Shown: one piece after another, positions 26,463 through 39,599 of the stretch | Position numbering within the stretch: the stretch's first letter is position 1 | Layout of the letters: each line of letters opens with the position of its first letter | Source: the human T2T-CHM13v2.0 reference genome, Homo sapiens | DNA length: 64,000 nt | Direction: 5' to 3' (one strand) | Assembly (NCBI RefSeq): GCF_009914755.1 | Contig: NC_060948.1 | Position numbers and translations under genes: made by a program | Notes under the pieces: generated by a model | Databases searched by the model: none | Told to the model about the DNA's origin: nothing | Seen by the model: only the letters and a program-made list of their open reading frames with translations

Positions 26463-26749
26463 GCTGGGCATGGTGACTCACACCTGTAATCCCAGCACTT
26501 TGGGGGGCCCATGTTTGGGGATCAAGAAGTCAAGAGATCATGGCCAAAATGGTGAAACCCCATCTCTACTAAAAATACAGAAATTAGCTGGGCATGTTTG
26601 TGTGCACTTTTAGTCTCATCTAATTGGGGGCTAAGGAAAGGAGAGCCGTTTGAACCCAGGAGGCAGAGGTTGCAATGATTCAAGGGTGTACTGCTGCACT
26701 CCAGCCTGGTGACAGAGTGAGACCACGCCTCAAAAAAAAAAAAAAAAAA
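26463..26749 (+). mobile_element. Alu
   Basis: Alu consensus features and poly(A) tail. Confidence 0.93.
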
Positions 26750-27960
26750 GCAGAGCTGGAAGAGACAGCCTTTCATTTTCAGAGGTATTATTCACTTCTA
26801 ATTCCAAGAGCCACATAAGAAATGCAGATTTCTCATAAAAGACGGTCGGTGGTGTCTCTTCTGTTAGCCTCAAGATGTCCCTGACCATCAGCTTTTATCC
26901 AAGAACCTTTTATGCATTCACCAAAAGTGTCAAGATAGAGTGGAGAAAGGTAACTTAGTCGACTGAAAGAAAAAACATTTTCAAGGAAACAAGGTTTATG
27001 AGGAGAAAATCATGAACGTCTTGAATACATGTATAGCATAAATCTCCATTTTTAATTAATCCAATTGCTTTCTAAGAGTGTTTTCATTAATTTAACTTTA
27101 CAGAGAATATCAAGAGAAGTGTCTATTATTTATTTCACCGGTTTACACCACTATATGTTCACAATCAGGTTCAACAGCTCAACTTTCCCCTGATAGAAAG
27201 CTGCTGGATTCAGGCAAGTACAGGCTTTCAAATGGGCTGCAGATCCCTCCAGTAGCAAAGCTTGATATTTAAGGAGGTGACTGTCAGTTCGCAAGAGACT
27301 TTTTTAAGGAAACACAGTACTGCTATGCTATGTGGTGTAGAAACAGATATGTCATTTTCATGGTTAACTTGATGGTTTCTGGCACCAACAATATCACTGA
27401 TGCAGCTGCTCAGTGGTAAGATGCCCATTTTTTTTTTAGAAACCAAGCTAAATTTCTTCCTTAGGTAAACCACTGGATGTTGATCTGGACCTCGAGCCTC
27501 ATCTGTAATTTCAACGTCTGCTTTCTCTATTTCTGATACATGGAGATTAAGTGCCTTTACTATGAAAAAACTGACGGCTTCTGCTTTAAGTAAGGTTTGT
27601 TTAACTGGTTAAATTTTTTTGAGCACTAGGTTATTAAGTTAAACATGAGTTTTATCTGCTTTAGTTTCTTCTATGAGGTGGTATAAAAGACGAGCTAATT
27701 CTCTGTACTGAGGTACCTGCCATCTGAAAAATCAAGTACTGCCCAAGAATATTCTTAACTGTTAAGAAAAATGGGCTGAATTGTTTCATGACCTTGTACA
27801 TTGGTCTCTTCTGATAAGACCAGATCCAGCTACTGTACTGAAGTCTGAGAGAGCTGAGCTTTAGATGTTGAGACCCAATAGTCTTTTTATTTTTAATTTT
27901 TGTCAGATAGTTTAGCAGAGCATTAGCGCATTCCCAGGAAGCCCATCACAATCTTGCTAT

Positions 27961-28853
27961 TATTGTTATCTCACCAGTACACAAACACATAACAGTCTCT
28001 ACTTATCTAAGGTAATACTGGGGGTTTCTTTTCTATGTCTTAGGAGAATAAAGATAGCAGACACATTTTAAGAAGGCTAAAGAGCACTAAGGTTGAAGAG
28101 AAAGTTTAGTAAGTGAAATAAAAAAGCTCGATGCCAGCAGTGATGTGGTCAAAATGGGTTAACCAATGTGAAACTTGGATTTAGGGTTTCTGTGTGTTGT
28201 GAATGGTAAGAAATGCACTTCGTCTGTGGGCTGTCTTAAAAAATGTGTGACGTAGTTCGACCTGGGGCCTTAGATCCCAGCCCAATCAGAAAGCTTAGCC
28301 TGAGACCTTGGCCCAGTACTTAGTGGCTAAAGTGAATATTCATAGGGGATACTCAGTTTAGACAACCTTTCAGAAGCTGAAGTGAACCTGTGGCCTAGGA
28401 TTTTATCCAGAACTAATCTGAGGCTGAAGTAACGATTCACAGAGGTGGGGGTCACAATCCAAGAAGAAAAGAAAATTGTTCCCTGGAAGGCACTTGCTCC
28501 CACTCTCCCACTCTCTTTATGTTCACCAAAGGAAAAGAAATATTTCTGGATGTCCACTGATTATAAAATGGACAAATGCATTTCTATTTCAGGCCTTGTT
28601 TTCACATTTGAGTAATCTTGAAGTTTCTGCAAGTTTCTGAGTGAGCTGGAGGTTCTTTTATTTGTGCAACTGCAGTCATGTCTTCAGACACAACTTTCTG
28701 TTCTAGTTCATTTATTGGTGCCTGCTGCTTGAATGTTTCTTTCCAGACTGATTTGTATCTTATGTGGAAATGAAGCACTGATCAGTGGGCTGAGAAATTT
28801 CTGGAGACACTTCTCTTTCTGTCTATAGAAGGCAAGCTAGCTAACTCTCTTCA
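27961..28853 (-). mobile_element. Solo ERV1 LTR inserted in the protease of provirus B
   Basis: Same family as the 22656-23510 and 31992-32854 LTRs. Perfect 4-bp TSD ctat (27957-27960 and 28854-28857). Removing it restores NPGFSSSNSKIVMGFLG. Confidence 0.85.
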
Positions 28854-28920
28854 CTATTGGAGGAGGAGAACCCTGGATTGGAGAGAAGAAGAGAGAAACA
28901 GGCTCTAGAATTTAGAAAAA

Positions 28921-28965
<45 letters not shown>
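28921..28965 (+). repeat. (TGT)15 Y-STR, likely a DYF371 C-type copy (DYS425 family)
   Basis: 15 TGT units. Flanks tggagagaagaagagagaaaC (C at 28899) and ccattttacctccagaattact match DYS425 primer sites as recalled from memory. Confidence 0.75.
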
Positions 28966-28968
<3 letters not shown>

Positions 28969-31900
28969 ATTTCCATTTTACCTCCAGAATTACTTGAATC
29001 CTGTAGATCACAATGGCTTGTAGAGCTGGGGAGCCATTATTCCTGCTGAACAATCTGGGAAATACACACTGGACCTGGTGACCTATGGCTCTGGGAACAC
29101 TTCTACTTTCACTGGTCTCCCCCACAGGCTGGACAAAGTTGAGATATATTCTTTTTCTGCCTGAGCAATTCATTTGAAAGTGTCCTAGCTTGTCACACTA
29201 GTAGAAATCAGCAGGTGCCTCTTGGAGATTCCGGCTCTTGTAGGCCTGTGAAGAGGCCAGTAATGCCTCTTTCATTCTCTTGCGACTCCCCTCTTCTTTC
29301 TAGGTCTCCTCTCCCCAGTTCTTGTTTTAAAAGATAAAAGCCACCCCAGAAAGTCTTTCAAAGTGCTATCTGATCCCACAGCCTGCTTCTGTAGTTTTGT
29401 TCTGATATTAGAGGATGGCTGAGAAATAAAGTAATATTTTAAAATTGTGTATCCCTTAATTGAATTAGGAGATGGAGACACATGTATTGCTAAAGCTTCT
29501 CTCAGCCATTCCAAAGAATCTGTGAGTTTTTTTCTAGTTTGTGATTTCAACAAGAACAGTTCAGAGTAATTAAGAAGTCTTGTTCTGGTTCTTTCGAAGC
29601 CTGATAATATGCACAGTAGAAAGTGTTTTTCATTTCTATTCATCTGTAGGTTTACCAAGGCTTCATTTGGGGTTTTCAAACAGCACTGTTTTCCTTTCTA
29701 TTGGAAATAGTAATTCTGTCTTCTTTACTCATCCATTTTCATCTTTCGCTTCTGTTTATTTTTTGACTGACTATAGGATGTCAGTTGTTCATCTTCAAAT
29801 TCCTTTGCTGTCTGTACTGCTGCCTGTTTTTCCGCAGTAGTTGAAATGTGGCTTAAAAGTTGCACTGCATTTCTGCACATAAGAGGAAACAGCTGATTTA
29901 AATGTTGGAAAGCCTGTGCATGTCTATCAGGTTCATCAGGGAACTGTCTTAAGTCCAGCTTTATGTATATAAGTTTACTGTAATGAGAAGGAAATTTAAA
30001 CCTTAGTAGCACCATATTCATTGTGCATTTGTTATAGGGGCACCAGTGAAGTTGGAAGTTTCCTGGGCTTGCACAACAAGAGGTGTTTTTATACAACTAT
30101 TCTGAGTCCCAGTTAAAGGAGTCAGATAGGGCACTCAGAAATTGCATTTGACAGTTCTCTAGAGATTTCTCTCTTTGACTTTGGAAAATTATGTATTGTA
30201 GACTTACCTTGTATGGTTCCCAAAGGCACAGGGGTAATTTTACAATGTTTACAAAATCTAGGGTTTTTTTGAAGAGCAAAAGGACCTAGCTGTTAGATAT
30301 TATTGAAATTATGCTTCTTTGGGAAGGCCTGTCCTCCTGTCAGGAACATGGCCACATGGCCACCTTGTTGCTAGTTGAATATCATTATTATTGTTTATAA
30401 ATTTAGAGACTCAAGGTCAATGGAGTCCCAGTGCTTCCAAGTGCACTCAAGGGGAGTGCAGTCTACAGATGTTTTGTTGCCATCTAGAGACAGAGGGTAA
30501 ACAAGGTGTCATTCAGATGACTTCCTCCTTTTGGTGTTACCCAGGATAAATAGAAAGTGTTACAGTATCCTTTTTCATCTTTTTCCTTTGTCTCATCTGT
30601 GCCCCCAAAACTGTAATAGGTGCTGCTCAGAAATGCAAGCATAGCTTTTACACATATATCTGGAGGAGCTAGTCAGAAGCACTAGCCACACTCACCTGTG
30701 CAAAGCTGTAGCTTTCTGCCCTCCTTTTGTCCTAGACCCACTGAACCCCAAAGGCTTGAAAGTTACCCCAGAGGCCTTGCAAATGTTATGTAGTAGTAAA
30801 ATTTGTTCTAGACATTTTAATAGAGGAAATGTCTTCATACTAACTTTGGCTTTGGTAACTATGTTCCCAGTGAAACATCAGAATCTCAGAGAATGAGACA
30901 GATTGACTTTCAAACATTTTAAATCCAATATTATTGCAATGCAGAACAGGTGGCTTAAAACTGTAGAAACTGAATGGCTGAATGGCCCTTCATTAGATGG
31001 TGAAAGCAAAGAGGCTAAAATCTGCTCTTTAACATTGTTTTTCTCCCAATAATTAATAGTGGAGGCTGCCTGTTTAAAGATAGGATATGTGGGCTAATCA
31101 CTGATGGCAGAATGTAAATGGGGAAAGAATTTCAAAGCTGTAAGTTTTGGACAATGGATTCACAAGGCTCCAGGTAGAAAAGAAATCTTATTTCACTAGG
31201 GAGTGATGTAAGGTTAGAAAGGCTAGGTTAAAATTTCTGACACAAAATTCTCTTTATTCAAAAGTTAGAAAGAGAGATTTTGGGTTAGATAGGTTGTCTC
31301 CACTAAATGCCCCCCAACAGGCAAAAATTAACTTGTCTCTTGTAACTTTTATGTGAAGGAAAATAATATCTTTGTAAAAAATTCCACATAAAGGAAAGAG
31401 TATTTACTTGCAGTCAAATCCCTCCCATACAGTGCCACGATTATCTGTTAGTGAGGGACAAAAAGGCCCTTTTATAGGTAACAATTTATAGTGAAATCTT
31501 GAATTCCCCTTGTTTCACAGAAATCACAAAAACAAACCTTTTTAAATTACACTACTAATTACTGAGACAAGGAGTAACTGTGTTAAGCAAACCTGTATAC
31601 CTAGTATACCGAGGCTGTAAAAATGCCCACAACGCTGCATAGAAAAAAATATGAAAGACATTATAGCTGTGAAAAGAAAAATTTTAAATTCAATAGATAA
31701 AAATGCGAAGTCCTTGTGTTAATGGCCTGATGAGTTGTCACAGACCAGAATTAGTCTAACGATAATCAGATAACACTGAGATGTAGCCTCAAGCTGAAAC
31801 TTTTAGTGTCCCTGGGATCTCCTCTAGATCTCATGTGACTGCCAGGCTCTTTATGAAAAAAGTCTTGAAATAAACAAGACATTTTTGAAATGAATTTGGA

Positions 31901-33875
31901 AGTTTAAAGTCTATTTTTACCATTCTGATGAATTGTTTCCTTCACAGCCCATGCAGAAACATACGTATAGTCTCACCAATGCACCAATATATGTTGCAGT
32001 CTCACCAATGCACCAAGATGTAAGAGTATCCCTTTGTCTGTAATTATACCCAAAGATCTTTCCTTTAATAAAAAAAAAAGAAGCTGAGAAACAAAGTTGA
32101 GATTAAAGAAAAAAAAGCACAAGAAGAAAGCTCTCTGCCAATCAAAAGAAGGACTCAAATGTGTTTCCCACTATGAGGTTGGGGTTCAGGGTTATTACAA
32201 ACTAGCAAGAGAAAGAAGTGTTTTTAGTCAATGGGCTGCTTTGAAGACCATGCAATTTAACTTGGCTCAGGGTCTTGGCCTGAGAATAATTCAAAAGCTT
32301 AACCCAAGAAATCTGCCTAGAAATAACCAGGAGGTGTAGTCATAATTTATAGCTGCTGCTCAGCTCATCCCATGACCTATCAGGAGCTGACGTAAAAGCT
32401 TGGCTCAAAAATTTGGCCCAGGCTTAATCAGGAACTAAAACAGTAATTTATAAAGGCTGGGCTCACAGTCCAAAAGGAAACAAATGTGCCAACCAGAAGC
32501 CACCAGGACCCACTGTGTTTATGCCAAAAAAAATGGACAAGAAACTACTTCCTGGGAGCCAACCGATTATACAAATACAAGGGTATTTTTGAGCCATGGC
32601 TGGTTCTCTTATCACAATGAGCCAGAGTTTGCACAAGACTTTTCTCTGAATGGACTGAAGATTCTTCTGTCTGTGACAATACGGATCTTGAGATACAACC
32701 CTCTGTGTTAGTTATCTTGTTGGTGTCTGCAGACTGATTTTTTTTAAGGCTGCTTATGTGTTACGTGTAAATGAGAAATGAACCTGCAGAACAGTGGTTT
32801 TCCAGGGACACTTTCCTTGCTGCCTCCCTAACTCAAGCTAGCTTTCTTATCTCAGTAACACTGTAAAGAGCCTCCTGAATGTGGGTACTTCAGATTTTAC
32901 AATAGGAAACATGAGGAGGCACAAAAGAAGAAGAGTAAAGACAAAAGAAGAACAGAGACTCTAGCTAATGCAATACAGTTTTGTAAAAATCCAAGTCCCT
33001 GAGTGGCACCTGCTAACTGTTATCAGTGTGGCAAGACAGGACACTTTCCCAAGAAATGCTGAGAAAACAATAGAAAGCCACCTCAACACTCTCCAACCAG
33101 TGGTGGTGACCACTGAAGGGTGTGCTGATTAATGAGGCATGCACCACTAAGTCCAGGACCAGTCTCACAAATGGTCCAGCAAGACTGAGAGTTCCTGGAG
33201 ATCAATTCCCCAGCTCTAACAGCTGCCATAGTCTTCGGGTTCCAAACTCTTCAAAATCCTTGGGTGATTCTGAAGGTGGAAGGGAGGAAAGTAGACTTCC
33301 TTCTCAAAACTGGAGTGGGTGTCTTTGTTCTGCTTTTCAATCTAGGCTTTCTCTCCTCCCATAATGTGACAATGATGGATGTGTCAGCAAAAGTCCTTTA
33401 TGGAATATTTTCTCAGCCCATTAGTTATAGTTGAAACGACCTTCTATTTAGCCATACCAATTTAATAATTCCTGAAAGTCCCACTTTATTACTAGGTAGA
33501 GATATTTTGGCCTATATAGAAGCCTCCATATGAATGGCTGCAGGATAAACTCTTTGTCTCCACTAAGTGGAAACTAATATTAACTAAGAAGCATGGGATG
33601 TCCAGAGAAATGTTGCTGGGCTACAACCACTGTATGTATCTGTATTTACATTAAGGATTGCACTATTTTTTTTTCTGACCAGAGGCATTATTTCCCAAAC
33701 CAGAAGGTAGAAAAGGGCTAGAAGTCATTATAAATAAGCTATAAAACAAAGGCCATTTTAGACCCTGCAACAGTCTTTACAAAACCCCAAATATCAAAGA
33801 AGGTCATTTTTTAACATGCCCAGAAATCCCATTTGCTTGGACCTGAAGAAGGAAAAAGTTTAACCAACTCATAGG

Positions 33876-34877
33876 TATTAGGGAACCAACCCCCGATATT
33901 TCAACCTCAGTTCTTTTCTATTTTCCATAAGTGTCAGCCAGTCTGAGAAATAAAAGGATAGGTTAGAAAAAAAAGAAAGAAATTTTAAAGCGGTGTGTCT
34001 GGCAGAGACATTACATGTCAGCAGGTTCCGTGATGCCCCCTAAGCCAAAAACCAGCAAGTTTTATTAGCAATTTTCAAAGGGGAGGGAGTGTACAAATAG
34101 GGTGTGGGAGACAGAGAGCACATGCTTCAGAGGGCAATGAAAGATCACAAGGCAGAAAGGTCACAGCAAAATCACAACATCAGGGTGAACCTAGAATTGC
34201 TAATGAAGTTCCATGTCCTGCTGTGCATGCATTGTCATGATAAACATCTTAACAGGGTTCCAGAGCAGAGAACTGATCTTGCTAGAATTCTCCAGGCTGG
34301 AATTTCCTAATCCTAGCAATCCTGGGGTTGCTGCAGGAGGCCAGGGTGTGTTTCATCCCTTACCTGCAACTGCATAAGGCAGACACCCCTAGAGCGGCCA
34401 TTTTAGAGGCCTCCTCCTGGGAATGCATTCTTTTACCAGGGCTGTTAATTACTAATATTCCTTACTGGGGAAAGAATTCAGTGATATTTATCTTACCTGT
34501 TTTTGGCAGTAAGACAAATATGGTTCTGTCCTGCCCAGCTCCCAATCAGTCAGACCTAATGGTTATCTCCAATGTTCCCTGAACATCACTGTTATCCTGT
34601 TCCTTTTTCAAAGTGCCCAGATTTCATATTGTTCAAACATACATGCTTTACAAACAATTTGTGCAGTTAACACAATCATCACAGGGTCCTGAGGTGACAT
34701 ACATCCTCAGCTTACGAAGATGATCGGATTAAGAGATCAAAGTAAAGACAGGCATAGGAAATTATGAGAGTATTAATCTGGGGAACTAGTGAATGTCCAT
34801 GAAATCCTCACAATTTATGTTCTTCTACCACAGCTTCAGCAGGTCCCTCTGCTTGGGGTCCCTAATTTCCTGCAACA
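33876..34877 (-). mobile_element. MER11 (HERV-K11/HML-8) solo LTR
   Basis: Reverse complement begins tgttgcaggaaattagggacccc...agaagaacataaattgtgaggatttcatggacatt, typical of MER11. ~1 kb long, degraded 6-bp TSD catagg/catcag. Confidence 0.92.
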
Positions 34878-36467
34878 CATCAGTATTTGGAAGTAAAACC
34901 CATGGTTGTGCTTGGTTTTAAGAGGTTTTATCAGAGGTTCCTCATGAAGAAAAGTTTCATCAAAACCAGTGTACAAAGCCTATTTAAGAGCAATTATTTG
35001 GCCCACAGTTTATGCCAATAGTTATTTTAACTATTAAATTATAGACCATTTTGCTGTCAACCCAGGCCTATTATATTTGTTTTTTACAGAAATGAACAAG
35101 GAAAATAGAAAAATTTGCTTCAAATCTTACATTGGCCATTGTCTTCTAGTCTCATTAGTTGTCTTTAGAATTTGCCTGTAGTTTAAACTAGCCCTGTTAA
35201 TTTCTGTGAGCCAGTCAGAAATCTCCAGCTACAGCTAAGTAGAAAACATAAAAAAGGTTAACATTTTAAAGTATGTAACAATATTTTCTTCTGGGCAATT
35301 TATTCTACAAATCGTGCCAGGTCATGAAAGTATAGTGTGGACTCATAGTTAAGGGGTGTTTGTCTTTGTGGGGATAAGACTAAGGACGCTAAGCAAAGCC
35401 AAGCCCTATACATCTACAATTCTCTGGCATAATTATAGCCCTCAGTTTTCGGGGCATGTCAGCAGCCTCAGAATTTTTAAGCTGTTTATTGCCTCAGCTC
35501 ATCTCATTTAAAAACACATATTTTTATAACCCAATTTTTTTCTTCTTACATAGAGGAAATCAAATTCCAAATGGTACTGGAAATGAAACCACTTATGAAA
35601 ACACCGTGTTTCTGTGAAACCTTATCCTGACCTCAGGCAGAGCTCCAGCTGTTGCGTTTCATTGCACAACCCCTCTCCCTAGCAGGAGGTAGCTAGAAAG
35701 ATCAATTCTGTCTAACAGCAGTTAGGTAGTAGGGTTGGTCTCTCCCTAACAGCAGAGAAAAGTTAGATAGTTGGGGGGGGCCCTTGGTATAACTTCTAGG
35801 AACAAAGATCCAGCTTACTGAAAAATAGGCTACAGACACATATTAGTAAACTCACACAAACCTTCAGCCCACTCACATGAAGAAACGCAGTCCAACATAG
35901 ACAGAACTTTGTTCTTTGTGCACAAATATATGCTCACAAAGAGACTGATTGAAAAACAAGAACAACAAGAAAACACCCTTGTCTTTTGTATAAGCAATGG
36001 ACTTCCAAAATTAGTGGCTTTTTTTTCGGTGAGGAAAGTACACGGTGGGCGACAATAAATTTTAGTGGGCACTTTTCTGGACATGCTTTGGAATATAACC
36101 TGAAGTGGTATGAATCATCACATCAGCCTCTGATTAGTCATGGGTAGAGGTCGTGAGCCAAGCTTTCACATCAGCACTTGTTTTGTCCCAAGCAAAAGTC
36201 CAAAGCCAAGCTGAGTAATGCTTTTTCCGAGATCAATCATCACATTCTTCCATCTCCCAGTACATGAGGACCCCAAACACCAGGGTGACACTGGACAACC
36301 AAATTGGGTTTCCACCGTGGAGAGCCATTTTAATTTCCTTCTTAAACTTCAGTGCTAACTTCACTTTGTGTGCACGTTCCTCAAGTTTTTGGACCCCAGA
36401 TAAATAACTCTTTGTGATGTCACACAGTGAGAATTTGCTACATGTGGTGAATTGGTGAGACTACAAT

Positions 36468-37797
36468 TGAAGCCTGAATTGAGCCCTGGGATGCATAAGT
36501 CTTACTTGATTATATAAAATCGGGCCCTGTAATGCAAACTATGTCTCTGCAGGCATTCCACCTTCCAGTGGTCGCCACCACTGGCTGGACAGAGTTGAGG
36601 AGGCATTGTTTTCTTTTCTCTGCTGTTCTTCCTGAAGAGTCCTGGAGCTTGCCAAACTTTCAGCAGTTAGAAGGTCCAGCTCAAAACTCCTGGATTTTGT
36701 AGACCTGTAATTCCGTCACTAATGCCTCTGTCTATCTCTTGCTTTTTCTGCCTTTCCTGTGCCTCTTTGTGGGCCCTGCTGTAAAAGACCAAGAATGCCA
36801 CCCACAATTTTTCTACTGTGGTATCTGGGACCATAGTCTGCTTTTGTAGTTATCTTCTGATTTAAAGTTTGAGTAATAAACTTGCCTAACAAGATTACCT
36901 GTATTTTATTTAAACCAGGAGATAGAGAAGATTGTTTCAAAAAATCCACAGAATCCTCTCTCAGCCTTTCATTAAGGCTGAAATATTTTGATTTGGTTTT
37001 TATTTCAATATGGCCAGTTTTGATTAATTAAGAGCTTTGATTCCAGTTTCTTGGAAGCTTTTTAACACACACATTAGAAACTCTTTTTGTTTCCACTCAT
37101 CCATAAAATCAGTAGGCCTTTAGTTATGTTTTTTAAGGGGCAATGTCTCCCTTCTTATTGGAAATGGGGCTTCTGTCTCTTTTCCCCTCATTTTTTTTTT
37201 GGTCCGGTTTTCTTCTTTGCCTGGCTATATTAAACATGCTATTTGTCTCTGAAACTCTCTGTTGCCTGTGCGGCTTCCTGTTGCTCAGCAGTACTTAACA
37301 TTTGGCTTAGGAATGACATAACATGTTGCCATGTAAAACCAAACACTTGGGTAACATTTTGGAAAGCCTGTCTGTATTCATCAGAGTTATCAGAATACTT
37401 TTCTAGGTCCCAATCTATCTGTTTGAAGTCTTATAATAAAAAGAGAACCAGTAATTTAGATGCACCGTGTTTATTGGGCATTTTCTTTAGGGGTAACAAT
37501 TTAATGGAGGGTTGCTTGGGAGAAATGAAGAAGAAAAGGATGATAAAGTGACTAGAGGAGTCTGTGGATGGGGGACACAGGAGAAGCTGGAACATCTGGA
37601 AGTTTCTTCTGAGGGTTTCCTGGAGGTTTGTTTCTCTGACTTTTGAGAATTGTTCACTATAGACAAGTCTGATATGCTAAGAAGGCATGGTCAACATTAC
37701 AATGTTTACAAATATCTGGGTTGTTTGCAGGACAAAGAAAATACCTCAGATAATTTACCTTCCCACTTAGAGAAAATATCTAGATGTTGGATAGAAT
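36468..37797 (-). mobile_element. ERV1 gag segment (MA to NC) lying between two LTRs
   Basis: Remnants LSPGLNKIQVILLGKFITQ and LQDFKQIDWDLEKYSDNSD. Confidence 0.8.
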
Positions 37798-39574
37798 TGA
37801 GAGAGAAAATTTAGGTACATAGGATGGATTCTTGCTAAAACTACTTTGAACAAAGAAACAGGCTAAAATACCAGGCTGCAGGCAGATTTTTAAAAAAACC
37901 TGAACAAACCTGCAGCCCACTCATATAAAGGAACAAAGCCTAACAAACAAATATTTTTTGCACTTTTTTGTTACCTAAAACATGCCAACAGATAATCTGA
38001 TAAAAGAAGAATATTCTGCATAAAAATATTTTTCTTCTTAAATAATGCACATACTTCCAGAAAATAGTTTCTATTCCTTTTACACAGGGAGCTTCAGTGT
38101 GCTTCAGTGAGCACTTTTCTTCTTCTTCTTCTTCTTCTTCTTCTTCTTCTTCTTCTTCTTCTTCTTCTTCTTCTTCTTCTTCTTCTTCTTCTTCTTCCTC
38201 TTCCTCTTCCTCTTCTTCTTCTTCTTCTTCTTCTTCTTCTTCTTCTTCTTCTTCTTCTTCTTCTTCTTCTTCTTCTGCTTCTTCTTCTTCTTCTTCTTCT
38301 TCTTTTTTCTGGATATGCTTTCTACTGTGAGCTGAGCCACTATAAATTTTTACTTCAGCTACTTTTCAGTCCTGGGTCAAGTTTCTGAGTCAAGCCAACT
38401 AGTACTTTTTCAAGACTAGTGAGCACACTCTTTTCTTAATTCATAAAAACATCAGAACCTGCCGTATAGTGAGAAACACATCTGTCTCCTATCTGTGCTG
38501 TGAACAGTCATTTTTTCCCTGTTAAGTAATCAATCTGACTTCATTACAGTGAAGGAAAAAGAAAGCCTGATGATACTTCAAAGTAGCAGACTGATATGTA
38601 TAGTGGCATGCCCACATGTGCAAAAGTGTGCATCGGAACACACTGAAAACCACTGGGTAAAAGAAATAGAGACTATTTTCTGGAAGAGAAGCATTTTTAT
38701 GCATACTATTCTTCTTTTATCAGATTATCTGTAGGCATGTTTTAGGCCAAAAAAAGTAATTACAAAAGAGTTTATTTATAAGGCTATGTTCCTTTATATG
38801 AGTGGACTGCAGGTTTGTGCAGGATTTTTTTTTTAATCTGCATGAAGCCTGGTATTTCAGTCTGTCTCTTTGCTTAAAGTAGTTGTAGCAAGAATCCATC
38901 CTATCTACTTAACTTTTTTCTCTCAATACTATCCAACATCTAGATATTTTCTGCAATTGAGAAGGCAAATTGTCTGAGGTGCCATATATGTCAGATTTCT
39001 TTGTCCCGCAAACAACCCAGATGTTTGTAAACATTGTAATGTTGACCATGCCTACTTAGCACATCAGACTTGTCTATAGTGAACAATTCTAAAACATCAG
39101 AGAAACAAATCCCCAGGCAACCCTCAGAAGAAACTTCGAGATGTTCCACCTTTTCTTGTGTCCCCCGACAAGGGACTCCTGTAGTCACTTTATCATCCTC
39201 AGATTCTTCAATTCTCCCAACCAACCTTCCATTAAACCACTAACCCTAAAGAAAATGACCAAAAAACATGTTGCCTCTAAATTCCTGATTCTCTTTTTAT
39301 TACAAGACTTAAAACAGATAGATTGGGACCTAGAAAAGTATTATGATACCCGGATGAATAGAGAGAGGCTTTCCAAAATCGTTCCCGAATTTTGATTTTG
39401 CATGCTCACATGTTATGTCACTCCTAAGGCAAATCTTAAGTACTGCTGAGCAACAGGAAGCCACACAGGGAACAGAGAGATTCAGAGACAAATAGCAGGT
39501 TTAACATAGCCAGGCAAAGAAGAAAACCAGTCCAAAAAAAAAAGTGGAAGACAAACCAAAGCCCCATTTTCAAT
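37157..39574. repeat. ~0.95-kb imperfect inverted repeat (gag+LTR), arms 37157-38118 and 38621-39574
   Basis: Continuous reverse-complement similarity, for example ttcttctttgcctggctat / atagccaggcaaagaagaa and gataatctgataaaagaagaata / tattcttcttttatcagattatc. Confidence 0.9.
38117..38328 (+). repeat. ~70-unit interrupted (TTC)n microsatellite
   Basis: Directly visible, with TTCCTC and TGC interruptions. Confidence 0.98.
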
Positions 39575-39599
39575 TTATATATATTTGCTACATGTTCTG

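Larger units (their letters stand above)
22656..32854 (-). mobile_element. Inner ERV1 provirus B: 5'LTR 31992-32854, leader, gag ~29050-30485, pro, RT remnant 27200-27950, internal region, 3'LTR 22656-23510
   Basis: gag ORF remnants 29725-30096 (IKLDLRQFPDEPD..TAEKQAAVQTAKEF) and 29272-29679 (LEWLREAL..FISQPSSNIRTKLQK). RT motif YWVSTSKAQLSQ. Paired LTRs. 4-bp TSD ataa/gtaa inside the gag of provirus A. Confidence 0.85.
18732..36467 (+). mobile_element. Outer ERV1 provirus A: LTR 18732-19495, leader, gag 21500-22655 resuming at 32855, NC knuckle, pro/pol to 33875, env-tail remnant ~35550, LTR ~35750-36467
   Basis: MA motifs PLDYILKH and EGSVRFSTIQQ. CA motif LILREKFITQADPDIKRKLQK. CCHC knuckle NCYQCGKTGHFPKKC at ~33015. 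env tail IKFQMVLEMKP. Flanking LTRs are related. May be a recombinant of two elements. Confidence 0.75.

Noticed and set aside
38097-38388. Poly-Ser, poly-Lys and poly-Leu ORFs
   Set aside because: Translations of the (TTC)n microsatellite.
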